NCBI GenBank assembly: GCA_031835245.2
Contig: JAVKOQ020000069.1
Coordinates: forward strand, 62,001 to 126,000
Length of the DNA stretch: 64,000 bases
Source of the DNA: Balamuthia mandrillaris
Taxonomy: Eukaryota
Direction of reading: 5' to 3'
The position numbers and the translations under genes are program-made. The notes beneath the pieces were generated by a model. It did not search any database and was not told the origin of the DNA. It saw only the letters and a list, made by a program, of their open reading frames with translations. Each line of letters starts with the position of its first letter. Within the stretch, counting starts at the first letter, position 1. Below are positions 46,637 to 57,484 of this stretch, piece by piece.

Positions 46637-47060
46637 TCTCGTTTTAGTTGGGAGAAAGTCAGTTCAGTATGAACAACAGGGGAAGATAAAGTGAGGCGTG
46701 TAGGGTTGAAGAGGGTAGCAGGTTTGTACAAATCGTTTGTGTGTGTGTTTGTAGCTGCGATGGATCTGGAATGATGGAAGGTGACTGATTCGCTATTTAT
46801 ATTTTTATTCTTGTTTATAGACGTTACCGGTCTTTAGGTGCCCCGATATGAGTTGGTGTGCTTCAACCCATCATCAGCGACCGCTTCGTTTCCGTCCACC
46901 CTTTCGACGACAAGAGCAAGAAGGAACAGCATCCCGAAAATACACCGATTTTCCGCCTGATTGCTGCCAAATTCATCAGGTGGGCTCCCACCCATAATTC
47001 CAACCCCGCCCATCCCAACCCAGCTTCAAAGCCTCCACCGCGTTGATTTATTTCCTTCTA

Positions 47061-47456
47061 AGGGGGACGTTTTCAAAGCTTGTGTTTAGGCGCATCAAAA
47101 AAAAAAAACTTTTGGCGGGAAACTGTGCAAAAATTTCCTCTGCCTGCGCTTGGGAAGGTCTGAGGTGTCGACTTTTATCTCTTGGCGGGAATCCTCTCTC
47201 ACGAGGGAGCTCAGGGACCAGAAATGACCCTTTCTCCTTGGGTTGTCGCAGGCAATGACTTGTGACCTGCCTAGGATCGCTCTCTCTCTCTCTCTCTCTC
47301 CCTGGGGGAGGGAGGAGAGAGAGGAGGAGGCAGGTTCCGAGGAGACACGGCTGGAACCATACCTTGGGTGACACGATGAACAAATGTTAAGTTCAATACA
47401 CAAGGCCACACATGACTGTGGTAACCCAATTCAGACTACTCTTGAGAACGTCCTTT
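47061..47456 (+). ncRNA. RPPH1: Nuclear RNase P RNA
   Basis: CR-I GGGAAGGTCTGAG (47152-47164) and CR-V AACCCAATTCAGACTAC (47423-47439) form P4. P1 pairs GGACGTTTTCAA with TTGAGAACGTCC. Internal CAGAAA, TGGAAC and AGTTCAAT motifs are present, and a T-rich tract follows. Confidence 0.92.
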
Positions 47457-47618
47457 CCTCTTTCTCTTTTTCTTAGAAAAACCTCTTCTTTGTCTCTCTC
47501 CGCTTATTTTTTCTTTCTTTCTTTCGCTTCTATTTGTTCTTTCTTTGGTTTCCTCAACGGCCAGTAGTAGTTCAGTTGAGAGAGAAAGGACAAAAAAAAA
47601 TTGGCGATAGAAAGGAAG

Positions 47619-48203
47619 ATGCAACAAAAGCCGGATCACTTTGGAGACATATTGGCGCCGAGGGAGATCGCAACGACGCTGCCGGAGGGCTACAACGGGC
47701 TGGAACGCATAGTGCTGGCGGCAAATGGCAACTTGCAGCGGATCATGAGCGCGTACTACAATTCCAAAGTCACGGTGCAGATCCTCAAGAGCGAACGGCG
47801 AGCCGGTGAGAGCAACGTCTATGACCGCGACGTTAACCTCTTATGCAAAGGAAAGGTTTGTGTTTTTTTTTTTTTGTTGTTCTTCCTTTCTTTCTTGTCG
47901 TTTCTTTCCGTTGGAGTTACATAAAGCAAGGTATTGAACTCCACATAACAATAGATCTTTTGCAACGCAAAGAGCGTCGTCACGCTGCAGAAGAAAGAAC
48001 ACCTTGAGCTGATCGAGGAGAACAAAGTGGGGTTGGGCCAGCTCTTCTTTTACCTGCGGCTGCTGCCCTCGTTCGAGCTCCATCACACAGCGCGAGGAGC
48101 GCCCGACAGCAACATCCTCATGCTGCGAGACTACACGCTCTCCGCGGACGGCATTGTTTGCGACATACACGAAGAGTTCACAAAAGATATGTTTGACCTG
48201 TAA
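47619..48203 (+). CDS. Chorismate-lyase-like fold (UbiC/DUF98-like) protein; 2 exons
   Basis: LERIVLAANGNLQRIMSAYYN, YDRDVNL, FCNAKS, VGLGQLF, RDYTL...CDIHEEF. Confidence 0.65.
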
Positions 48204-48266
48204 ACAAAACAAACGCAACAAATAGATCTTCTCTTCTTCTTTACAAATCCTTTTTGCTTCTGGTTA

Positions 48267-49131
48267 CTAACATAGTTCAACCTGGTCTAACTCTCTTTCT
48301 AACTCGACCAATAACTCTTCTTCTTCTGCTTCTTCTTTTGTTGCACTGCTTCGTTCGTTGTTGTTGCCAAGCGTTCGTTCATCTTCCTCTTTACTTTGGT
48401 ACAAAAGTCTTCCTCTCTTTCGGCCAGGAGAGGCAGAAGAAGAACGCAGCTGCGTTCGCCCTCCTCCTTCTCCCTCTGCCGCTGTACTCTCTCCTGCTTC
48501 TTCCTCACCATCCCTTCCTTTGGTGTGTGCCTCTATCACTGCCTCTGCTCTTTGTAAGATGTGTCGCACGCTCTCAAAGTCACGCTCAAACCGTCTCAAC
48601 AGGTCCTGCCGCCGTTGAATCTGGTTCTCCATGATGGTGATGAGGCTCTGTCTGGCCTGGTGAGGGCGATAGCTGTTGAGCAGGTGGTGCATGTTGACAA
48701 AGAGCAGTTCCACGTCTTCCACTTTCTCTCGAAAGGCGGGCGGGTTCTTGGTCAGCAGGTCCACCAGCTCCAAAAAGTTGAACAACAGAGAGCGATTCAT
48801 TTTCTTCAGTTCTTGTGTGTGATTGATCGTCTCTCCTGTTTCACAATCAAGCAAAAGGTGTGGCCCATCAGCATCGCAGCAGCAACGCATGCGGAGTAAA
48901 AAAAAGAAAGAGGGTTTTAAAAAAACCTTTGGGATAGAGCTGAGGTCTTCCTTGATCTTCCAGATTTGGGGCGACGTCTTCCGTGGTGTAGGAGGCGCCG
49001 AACATGGTGTAGGTGCCCTGGATAGCGGGTGGAGGAGGAGGGGCCACCCCCTGTCGTAGCCGCTCATCGGTGTAGAGCTTGTAATAAGGCGGGGGTGGCG
49101 GGAAGGAACTCACCAAAGCGGGGCCTTCCAT
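48267..49131 (-). CDS. MED7: Mediator subunit 7; 2 exons
   Basis: SSFPPPPPYYK, ELKKMNRSLLFNFLELV, LFVNMHHLLNSYRPHQAR. Confidence 0.95.
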
Positions 49132-49238
49132 CTTTTTATTATTTTTCTTTTCTCTTTTTTTGAATTTTTTTTCAATTGAAAAAAAATAATGCAAAAAGTA
49201 TTTGGTTGGCAACAAAAACAGCCTTTGTTCTCAATCCT

Positions 49239-49310
49239 GGTCTCATAGCTCAGTGGCAGAGCATCTCGTTTACACCGAGAAGGTCGTCGGTTCGAAACCG
49301 GCTGGGACCT
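49239..49310 (+). tRNA. tRNA-Val(TAC)
   Basis: Acceptor GGTCTCA/TGGGACC, D-arm GCTC/GAGC, anticodon arm TCTCG-TTTACAC-CGAGA, T-loop TTCGAAA and a T-run downstream. Confidence 0.92.
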
Positions 49311-49646
49311 TACTATTTTTGTTTTTGTTCTGGGGGTGAGAACAGTGAACAGTGGCTATTTTTTTCTCCCTCGAGCATGCCACAGTTCCTCTTAGCAAAA
49401 AACTAAAAACGAAATCTCTTTGAAAACCTTCGAAACCATTACCGTTGGTCAGGCTCATGCATGACCTGCGTGCGACGGTTGTAGGAAGAGTGAAAAAAAA
49501 AAAAAAACGTAGCAGCGGCAGGTCCTCTTCTGGTGGTCATTCTTCTTTTTCTTTTCGAAAGCGAGAAACGTAGCGCATCGCCGCACCAACAACAGGTTCC
49601 ATTGCTACCGTTTGCTTTGTTTTTTTTGTGAGCTGGTCTTGGCAAC

Positions 49647-49738
49647 ATGACGGTGGACCAGCCTGATGCCAAGGCAGAGGCCCCAAAGTACGTGTCTGGC
49701 TTGGTGACTCTTTCTTATCACCACGTTTCTCTCTTCCC

Positions 49739-49784
<46 letters not shown>

Positions 49785-50915
49785 CTCTGTTTCTCATTTA
49801 TTCAAAGAGACGTAGCGCCAACTCTACCAGGGCCACAAGAGGAGAAGGCAGAGGAACAAGAGCAACAGGGAGAAGCACCAAAGTTCGTCTGCACCTTTTG
49901 TCAAACGCAGTACTCGAGTAAGGGCGGCCTACGGCGGCACGTCTCACAGAAGCACAACCCCAAGCGTACCTTCAAATGCGAGTTCCCTGGATGTCAGAGC
50001 AGCTTCGTCTCACAAGCAAACCTGACGAGCCATTTGAAAACTCACGAAGAGAACCGTTCGGTGGTGTGTGAGCACTGCAAACAAGAGTTTAAGAGCTCCG
50101 TCGGTTTGAGGATTCATCACAAACGCCATGGCAACCCAGGGGAGTGCATAGGGAAAGGAAAGCGGAAACGGAGGACTGGAGAGAAGGAGAAAGAAAATAG
50201 CAGCGAAAATGGGCAACAAAATAGCAAGAAGATCAAACCGACAGGTTCAGGAACGATGGAACACCACGAAGTAGAAAACCTCTCGCGGACTCTCCAACCT
50301 GAACAGCCTTTTACCACAACTGGCGCGGAGCCCAAACAGGAACCTCCTCCAACAACACCTGCAAGCACAGAAATAACTGCTTCCACTACTCTAACAAATA
50401 CAGAAGTAATTACAATGGCCACCCCATCAGTGCCTACAACACCTACAACAGTAACAAAGGCTTTTCAGCAGTTAACAACCGCTGTATTTACAGCAATAAC
50501 ACCAACGACACTAACCCCAATAGCGCCAGTACTGTCACCAACAACATCAATTCCAGCCTCAACGCTCCTATCACCAACACCAATTGCAACCGGAACAGCC
50601 CCTCCGCCTACGCCAATTTCAACCTCAGCACTCCTGTCGCTACCACAAACACCAACGGTGCCCGTACCAACTACCTCAACGAAAACAGCAACAGAACTTC
50701 CAAAACCTCCTCATTCATTCAACGAGAAATTTGCAAAGCGCTTCGAACCTACTGACGTTTCATCGCCTGTTGCCGATATACCACCAACACCGTTAGCCTC
50801 ACCCACAGAAATGGCAGGACGCAAGGAGTACGTCGTCGAAACACCTCCCTCTCTGTGGTTTATTCCCAAATCATGGGCTTTTGCCTACCCTGCATCCTTT
50901 TATTTATCATGTTAA
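49647..50915 (+). CDS. C2H2 zinc-finger protein (3 fingers) with a Pro/Thr-rich tail; one 5' intron likely
   Basis: CTFC..LRRHVSQKH, CEFPGC..LTSHLKTH, CEHC..LRIHHKRH. Confidence 0.85.
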
Positions 50916-51252
50916 TTGTAGATCCGAACGAACAATTGTAAAAACGAAAATGCAAGTCATAAAATGTAAAGAGCTCTTCACATTTTAAACAAAAAAAAAA
51001 CACAAGATGGGAAACTCAGATACGAAAGACTCTTTGGCGAAACGACTGCGTCTTTCTTTTTTCTGTTGCAACAACCAACCAACGTCATTGTTTCCTTAAA
51101 AAGGGATTGCTGATATCACCCCTATGTATTTTTTGCAGATTTTTGTCGACATGCTTGTTCCTGTCGACAAGCACGCACAAAAAGAAGAAAAGAAGAAAAA
51201 GATCAGAAGCAGCACGAAACAAACAAAAGAAAATAAATAAATAAAAAAAAAG

Positions 51253-52401
51253 ATGGTCAACTTCTCCTGCGATGAATGGTACGTGGATCGTTTGTTAACT
51301 TCCGCGCTCGAGCTAACGCATAGTTCACTTTTTTTTAACCAAAACAGTGGCGCTATTTACAAGAAGCGTCAAGTTGCTAATCACATGCGGAGGTAATTTT
51401 TTTTTTCCGGCATCGGTTGATGGATGTTTTTGAACCTTTTTTCACGCAGAGTGAACTCTCCTCACACTGGTTGTTTGATCTTTTGGTTTTTGTGATAAAA
51501 GTTGTCGTTCGCAGTCAGTGAGTTGCCTTGACTGTCTTCAACACTTTTACGGTCGTGACTTTGAGACGCACACCACCTGCATTTCTGAAGCCGAAAAATA
51601 CCAAGGAGCCCTCTACCGTGGTAAGAAGGTATGCGATAGACTCTTTTTCTTCGCTCTCTCTCTCTCTCTCTCTCTCTCATTCTTGCCATCGCTCGCGCTT
51701 CTGTTCTCTCTCTCTCTCTCTCTCTCTCTCATTCTTGTTCTCGCTCGCGCTTTCTTGTTCTCTCTCACTCGCTCACTCACTCACTCGCTCACTCTCTCTC
51801 TCGTCCTCTCTCGCTCTCACGCTCTTTCTCACGCACTCTTGTTCTCTCGTTCTATTTTGTTCTCTCTCGTACTTTTCTCTTCTTCCTCGCTGTTCTTTTC
51901 TCTTTTGGCAAAAGGGAAATCAGCAAAATGGACAAAAGCGACCGATGACGGAGAAGGAACAATGGGAACAAAAACAAAAGCAGTTGAGACAACAAAGACA
52001 ACAAGAGCAGAAAAAGGCGAAAGAGGAAGAACAAAAGAATGACGCTGCCGAAAAGGAAGAGAAAGATAAGAAAGAATCTGAAACGAACGATAAAGGAAAC
52101 AACAGTGAAGTTACTGACAAGAAGAAAAAGGACAAGAAGAGAAAGCGCGATACGGAAGAAAACGAAGAAGCGCAACAAGGAAAAGGAGAAAAGAAAAAGA
52201 AAAAGAAGAAGAAGCAAAAGGATGCAACCATAGAAAAGAAGAAGAAAAAGAAGAGCAAGAAGCAAAAAACCGGACAGGAGGAAACCAATGGCCATGATGC
52301 ATCCAACGGCGCGTCCGACAATGCTACTGCTGAGTTACGATTGGATTGGGCGACCGCTATTCAGGAGACCTTAAAGAAGGTTTGTCATTCTTTTGCTTGT
52401 T

Positions 52402-52443
<42 letters not shown>

Positions 52444-52703
52444 TTTCCTTTTATGTTGGAGTGTTGATAGTCTTTATCTCTTTTTTTTAGCGATTTAACT
52501 CGTTTCCAATGTTTAACTCCTTTATTGTTGTCTGTTAAAAGGCGCCAGAACGTTCGATGTCAGCGAAGCAGTTGAAGAAAGAAGTTGTGAGCGAGTTGCT
52601 GGCACAAGCAAAGAGTCAACTGGCCGAGGTTTTCGATGCACAGCTGAAGCAGATTTCCTATGTGGAGCGTTCTGGCAAGAAGGTCACCCTCAAACAAAAG
52701 TAA
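51253..52703 (+). CDS. LYAR: Cell growth-regulating nucleolar protein (LYAR-type C2HC fingers); 5 exons
   Basis: MVNFSCDEC|GAIYKK...H, SCLDC..F...FETHTTCISEAEKYQGALY, and a Lys-rich region. Confidence 0.92.
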
Positions 52704-52793
52704 CAAAAAGAAAGGGAGATCTCCCTAAGAAGGTGCAAGAGAAAGAAAACTTTTTGTGTTGTTTTTTGTTTGGTTTTTTTTTTGCTTCATAAA

Positions 52794-52831
<38 letters not shown>

Positions 52832-53036
52832 TTTCCTCCTGCCGATGCAATCGCGGGTGAAAGAGTGGGTGCAAGGGAGGCCCAACGTACACTTGCTTGC
52901 TTGCTTGCTTGTCATCTTGTTCTTGTTCTTGTTCTTCTTTGTTCTTGTAAGAAGAGACTCTATTGCTGCCCTTTTTTCCCTTACCATTTCTGTTTTGCCA
53001 TATTAATCAAAAACGCAGCACGACCCTTCTACAATA

Positions 53037-53333
53037 ATGCAATCCGGGTGCGAAGCCATCACGGCGGTATCTCCTCGCTTCGGGTTTGATGGTGCTACGG
53101 GCACGGAGGTAGACGGAGAAGACGATATTGTAGATGAGGAATACGAGGAGCCTTGGGATCACAAACAAAGGAATATCGTGATTGCCATGGTGGTTACAAC
53201 ACCATTGATTGTTGCAGCTTGCCTGGCGCAGGTGGCCCTTTTGGTACTTACCATCAACACTTGCAAAGATACCCTGGATACCAACGAGTTCGGTTTGAAG
53301 CCCCGTAAGACTGCCGATGAAGAAACACCGTGA
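53037..53333 (+). CDS. Small hypothetical membrane protein
   Basis: 98-aa ATG ORF with an acidic N-terminus and a hydrophobic stretch of about 30 aa. Confidence 0.45.
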   Translation: MQSGCEAITAVSPRFGFDGATGTEVDGEDDIVDEEYEEPWDHKQRNIVIAMVVTTPLIVAACLAQVALLVLTINTCKDTLDTNEFGLKPRKTADEETP

Positions 53334-53846
53334 AGACAAACGAAATTGCAAGGCCGGTGCACGGCATGCTGGTCCTCGCTCAGCTGGCTTTGTATTATTT
53401 TTCCCGCTCTCTTCTCCAGCAGCACAAACGTGGCCACCAAGTGTAAAATTTGTTTTTTTAACTCGTATTTTTTTCTATTGATTCTCAAGCGAGTACGCTC
53501 AGAGGGCCCGGCAAGAAAAAAGCCACAACAGCACTTATGCTTGAGACCACGCCATTCCAAGGAAGGCAACTTGAACTGCTCCTCATTTTAAGACCGAAAA
53601 AAGATAATTGGATGATGTCAGCTTGCTATATCGAGCATTTTATGACCAAATTAGGCATAAAATTAATAAAAACATTCCTTAAATTTAAGGTGTTACAATT
53701 AAAAGAATGTTATCTGTGCTTTTGCCTTTTTGGTGACGCGGAATGAATGCACGGTGGTACCTCTTTCGGGTTGGGTTCTTGCATAACAGAAGCGTTACGC
53801 AGAGAAGAAGCGAGGACAAGGGGAGGAGAAAAGTGTGAGAGCAGGA

Positions 53847-55258
53847 ATGAGAATGAGAATCCTAGGCCCAGAGTCTCCCGCCTGGAAGGCAGACAAAGAG
53901 AGAAAGGCCTGCCAGTTCTGTGGAGTCAAGTTCACGTTCACGATTCGTCGGGTAGGTATTCCATTCTTTTATCTTTTAGAGATACCTCCATTTTCTTGTT
54001 TTTTTGTTGGCTGAGTCTTTTTTTTTCTATCTTTTCATTTCTGTCTTTTCTTCTCTTTTGCATCTCACCGGAGCACCATTGTCGTTGTTGCGGAGGTCTG
54101 TAACAACGTTTCTTCCTTTTGGTTGTTTTACCTTTTTGTCACCTTTTTTTATTCTGAACCGTTCGGACCACAGATCTTTTCTGCAGCTACTGCACAAGTC
54201 ACACCGTCAAAGCCAACGACGGCACAGAGCACCGCGTATGCAGCGACTGTTACCTCAAAAGCAGAAGGGAATGCCACAAGAGAGAAAGATCTTTCGCGCT
54301 GACAGACGATCTGTCTCTATCGTTCTCCCCTTCTGCTCCGTCTTCTGACAACACTTCTTTCGCCCTGCAACGAAGAACAGAACAGTGGGATTCTTCAGGT
54401 ATAAGAGAGAGATCTTTCTCTTGTCCTGGAACCCTCTCTGCTTCCTTCCCCAACACAACATCTTCCAACTCGAACAACAACGAAACTTCTCTAGCTTCTC
54501 TTCTTCCATCTGTGTTACTCCCATCTTCTTCAAACTCGAACAACAACAAACCTTCATCGTTCTCTCCTCTTCTTCCAGCCTTTTCATCTTTAACGCTCAC
54601 CTCTTCAACTCCAACCTCTGATTTTCGAAACGAGGAAGAAGAAAGCTCTCCACGAAGAGCCTTTTGGGGAAATGGAGAAGAAGAGGAAGAAGAAGAAGAG
54701 GAAGGAATAAGAAAAAGCAGAAGTGCCAGAGTACCAAGAAGACGGAGTGGAAGTAGAGGTGAAGAGAGGAGAAAAAGTAAAGAGAGAAGAAAGACTTTGG
54801 TGATGATGGAAAGTGGCGCGCTAAGCTGCGAAGAAAGCCCAAATAGAAGAGAGGAGAAACAAGAGGTTACCGTATTGTTCTTGAGAGACGGATTGTTGAG
54901 CTCTTCGCCAGAAAAAGAAGAGGAAGCAGCGACATCATCAGAGTTGTCGATGGGTCCGTATGTTAACATGTTGGAGCTGCAAAGAGAGAGATTGTTGAGC
55001 AAAGCGAAGCAGAGGCAGTGGCAACAACAACAGCAACAACAAACGTGGACGAAAGAGTGGAAGAAGCAGATGAGGGAAGAAGATGAACCGGCAGAAGGTG
55101 AGGAGGAACGGGAAGTAGAAGAAGCAGATGATGAGGATAACGATGACGAAGGAGAAGCTGTGCATGATAGTGATGAGGAAGACGAGGCAACAAGCGAAAA
55201 AGAAACGGAAGACGCAGAAAGAGCAAACGTGGACGTTTTTGTAACTATTCCATTGTAA
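53847..55258 (+). CDS. FYVE zinc-finger protein with a disordered acidic tail; 3 exons
   Basis: WKAD...CQFCGVKFTFTIRR|HHCRCCG|DLFCSYC...RVCSDCY, continuing in frame to the stop at 55258. Confidence 0.88.
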
Positions 55259-55456
55259 GATATACAGGAAGAGTAGAAGAAGAACAAAAAGAAGAGGAAG
55301 AAGAAAGAAGAAAGAAGAAGACGAAGAAGAAAGAAGAAACAAGAAGAAAGAAAAAGGAGAAGAAGTGTAAAGTTCTCTGTATGTATGTAAGTGAAAAGAA
55401 ACAGTTGAAACAAACAAAAAAAAGTTGAAGAAAAGGAAGGGAGAGGAAAGACGCCT

Positions 55457-56028
55457 TTAAACGACGTTGTCTTTGTATTCAGGATGTTCTGGCAGGAAGT
55501 TGTCACGAAGGTACCAACACGAAAGTCTCATCTTTCGGTCGTTCTCTTTTGCGTAGTCAAACGCAGCCTTTTTCCAAAGAAAAAGATAACAACGAAGGTG
55601 AGGAGGAGGAGGAAGAAGAAGAACGAGAAGAAGAAGAAGAAGAAGCAGAAGAAGAAAAAGAAGTAGGACAAGCAGAAGGAAAAAGATGAGGAGGAGGAAG
55701 GAGGAAGGAGGAGGAGGAGGAGGAAGAAAAAGAAGAAGCAAATGACATACCGTAGCTAGTTTGGCAGCGATGCCTTGGCCCCTCTTGCTGGGCGGCGTGA
55801 ACGTGTGGTAGTAGTCCAACACACCGTCCTTATCTTCCGAGTACTCAAGCACAGCTTGTTCTTTCCGATAAATGTGAGTAGGTCCCCCTTATGATTGCTT
55901 GCTTGAAGGTGATGATAACAACACGTACCTCCATCCGAGAAGTTTATGGCAAACTTGCGCTCACGGGGCAGATGGACCACAACCGGCTGCTCCTTGCTGC
56001 TGCCCTTCTTCTTCATCTGGTCGGCCAT
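55457..56028 (-). CDS. Minimal GNAT acetyltransferase (YjdJ/NATD1 family); 3 exons
   Basis: AVLEY...LDYYHTFTPPSKRGQGIAAKL...AAFDYAKE...LSCWY. Confidence 0.88.
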
Positions 56029-56139
56029 TTGTTGCTTTCTGTGTTTATGCTCATGACGTCATGAAGATCAAATGTTATTCTTTGATATCCAATTGGTCGA
56101 TCCTATCAACGCAATTTTTCATAAATCAACAAACAGACG

Positions 56140-56868
56140 ATGCAGCAAGAAGAAGGTCGGCTGCCCGTAAGTTATGAGGTGTCAGGATGGTCGCCACCAC
56201 CGGTGCCTTCTGGTGCAACGCTCACAGGCCGGTATTGCCGCTTGGAGAAACTGGACGCACAGACCCATGGCCCAGCCCTGTTTGAAGCAAACGCCCTGGA
56301 CACTTCAGGAGCCGGTTGGACGTACCTCTCTTACGGCCCTTTCGAGACGTTGCAAGAGTACATGGGTTGGCTGGAAGCGCAAGCCAGGTCCTCTGATCCA
56401 CTCTTCTACGTCATAGTGGATACTTCCAAACAAGGAAGTAAACCGGTCGGCTTGCTCAGCTACTTGCGCATCACTCCTTCGGCAGGCAGCATCGAGATAG
56501 GCCACGTTCGTTTCTCACCTTTGGCGCAGCGCACCACTTTGGCCACCGAGGCTTTCCAACTGATGATGAGACATGCCTTTGACGACCTGGGCTACAGGAG
56601 GTTGGAGTGGAAGTGCGATGCCCTCAACACGCCCTCACGAGCTGCTGCCCAGCGCCTCGGCCTCTCCTTCGAGGGAATCTTTCGCCAGCACATAGTCTAC
56701 AAAGGTCGCAACAGGGACACGGCGTGGTACGCCGCGATAGACAAGGAGTGGCCTATGATCAGCGAGGCATTGGAAACCTGGTTGCAGCCATCAAACTTTG
56801 ATGAAGGAGGAGCGCAGAGACAACGCCTCTCGGAGCTTACGCGGCCGCTGCTGAAGAACATTTGTTGA
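56140..56868 (+). CDS. RimJ/RimL-type GNAT acetyltransferase; intronless
   Basis: LTGRYCRLE, WTYLSYGPF, GSIEIGHV, LGYRRLEWKCDALNTPSRAAAQRLG..FEGIFRQH..YKGRNRDTAWY. Confidence 0.92.
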   Translation: MQQEEGRLPVSYEVSGWSPPPVPSGATLTGRYCRLEKLDAQTHGPALFEANALDTSGAGWTYLSYGPFETLQEYMGWLEAQARSSDPLFYVIVDTSKQGSKPVGLLSYLRITPSAGSIEIGHVRFSPLAQRTTLATEAFQLMMRHAFDDLGYRRLEWKCDALNTPSRAAAQRLGLSFEGIFRQHIVYKGRNRDTAWYAAIDKEWPMISEALETWLQPSNFDEGGAQRQRLSELTRPLLKNIC

Positions 56869-57017
56869 TAGGCAAAGAAAGAGGAAAGAGATCAACTTTA
56901 CTGCCTTTGCAAAAGAACGAACCAGTGCTCGTTATTTTAGCGTCAGTTGGAGGAGCATAGGTTGTGTGTTGCGTTCCACTGCGATCGCCCAAATATCCTC
57001 CCGAGTTCTCCCGTTCT

Positions 57018-57303
57018 ATTCGTTGTGCTCGTTGGTTTTCTTTTGGTTGGTAGCCGCCAGAAACTGATAAGGGACGGTGCTTCAGGATATGCTTGTAGCA
57101 CTCACCGTTCCCGGCAGAAGCGCCGCCAAAAGGTGTGAAGCTTAGGGTCTTGGTGGATCAGTTGACGAAAGCGATGGCAGACAGCGGCCACGGAAACTGC
57201 TGCAGCCTTCCTTCGTTGCGCTTTTTCCCGGCAGAGAGAGAGTTCCAAAAAAACGAGGATCGAGTTCAGGGTCTAGTTCTCGAAACAAACAAAAGGCCCG
57301 GCT
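57018..57303 (-). pseudogene. Frameshifted 5' fragment paralogous to the adjacent F-box/Kelch gene
   Basis: Reads AFCLFRELDPEL / ILVFWN...AVCHRFRQLIHQDP...RRFCRER / AATNQKKTNEH in shifting frames. The gene at 57485-59188 has AFCLFQDLDPELVVLIFWD...AVCRRFHRLIHQDP...QRFRPER...AATNKQKNNEH. Confidence 0.8.
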
Positions 57304-57484
57304 TCGGCAGCGGCTGTGCAAACATTAGGTGATAAAAACTCCACATTTTGTTTCTTTCTGTTCGTTTTTCTGTTACAAGCGTTCCACAGTTGCCCCAGTC
57401 TTTCTCGTTCAGACTTTACCGCGAGAGCCACACCCCACATTTTTTTTTTCCAAGAGAAAAAAGGAACAACAGTGGCAGTGTTAC

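Noticed and set aside
41064..49131. MED20 and MED7 as a Mediator gene cluster
   Set aside because: They are separated by several unrelated genes and belong to different Mediator modules, so chance proximity is sufficient.
54250..55506. 418-aa minus-strand ORF
   Set aside because: It is the low-complexity antisense of the FYVE gene's acidic tail and a GAA-rich 3' region.
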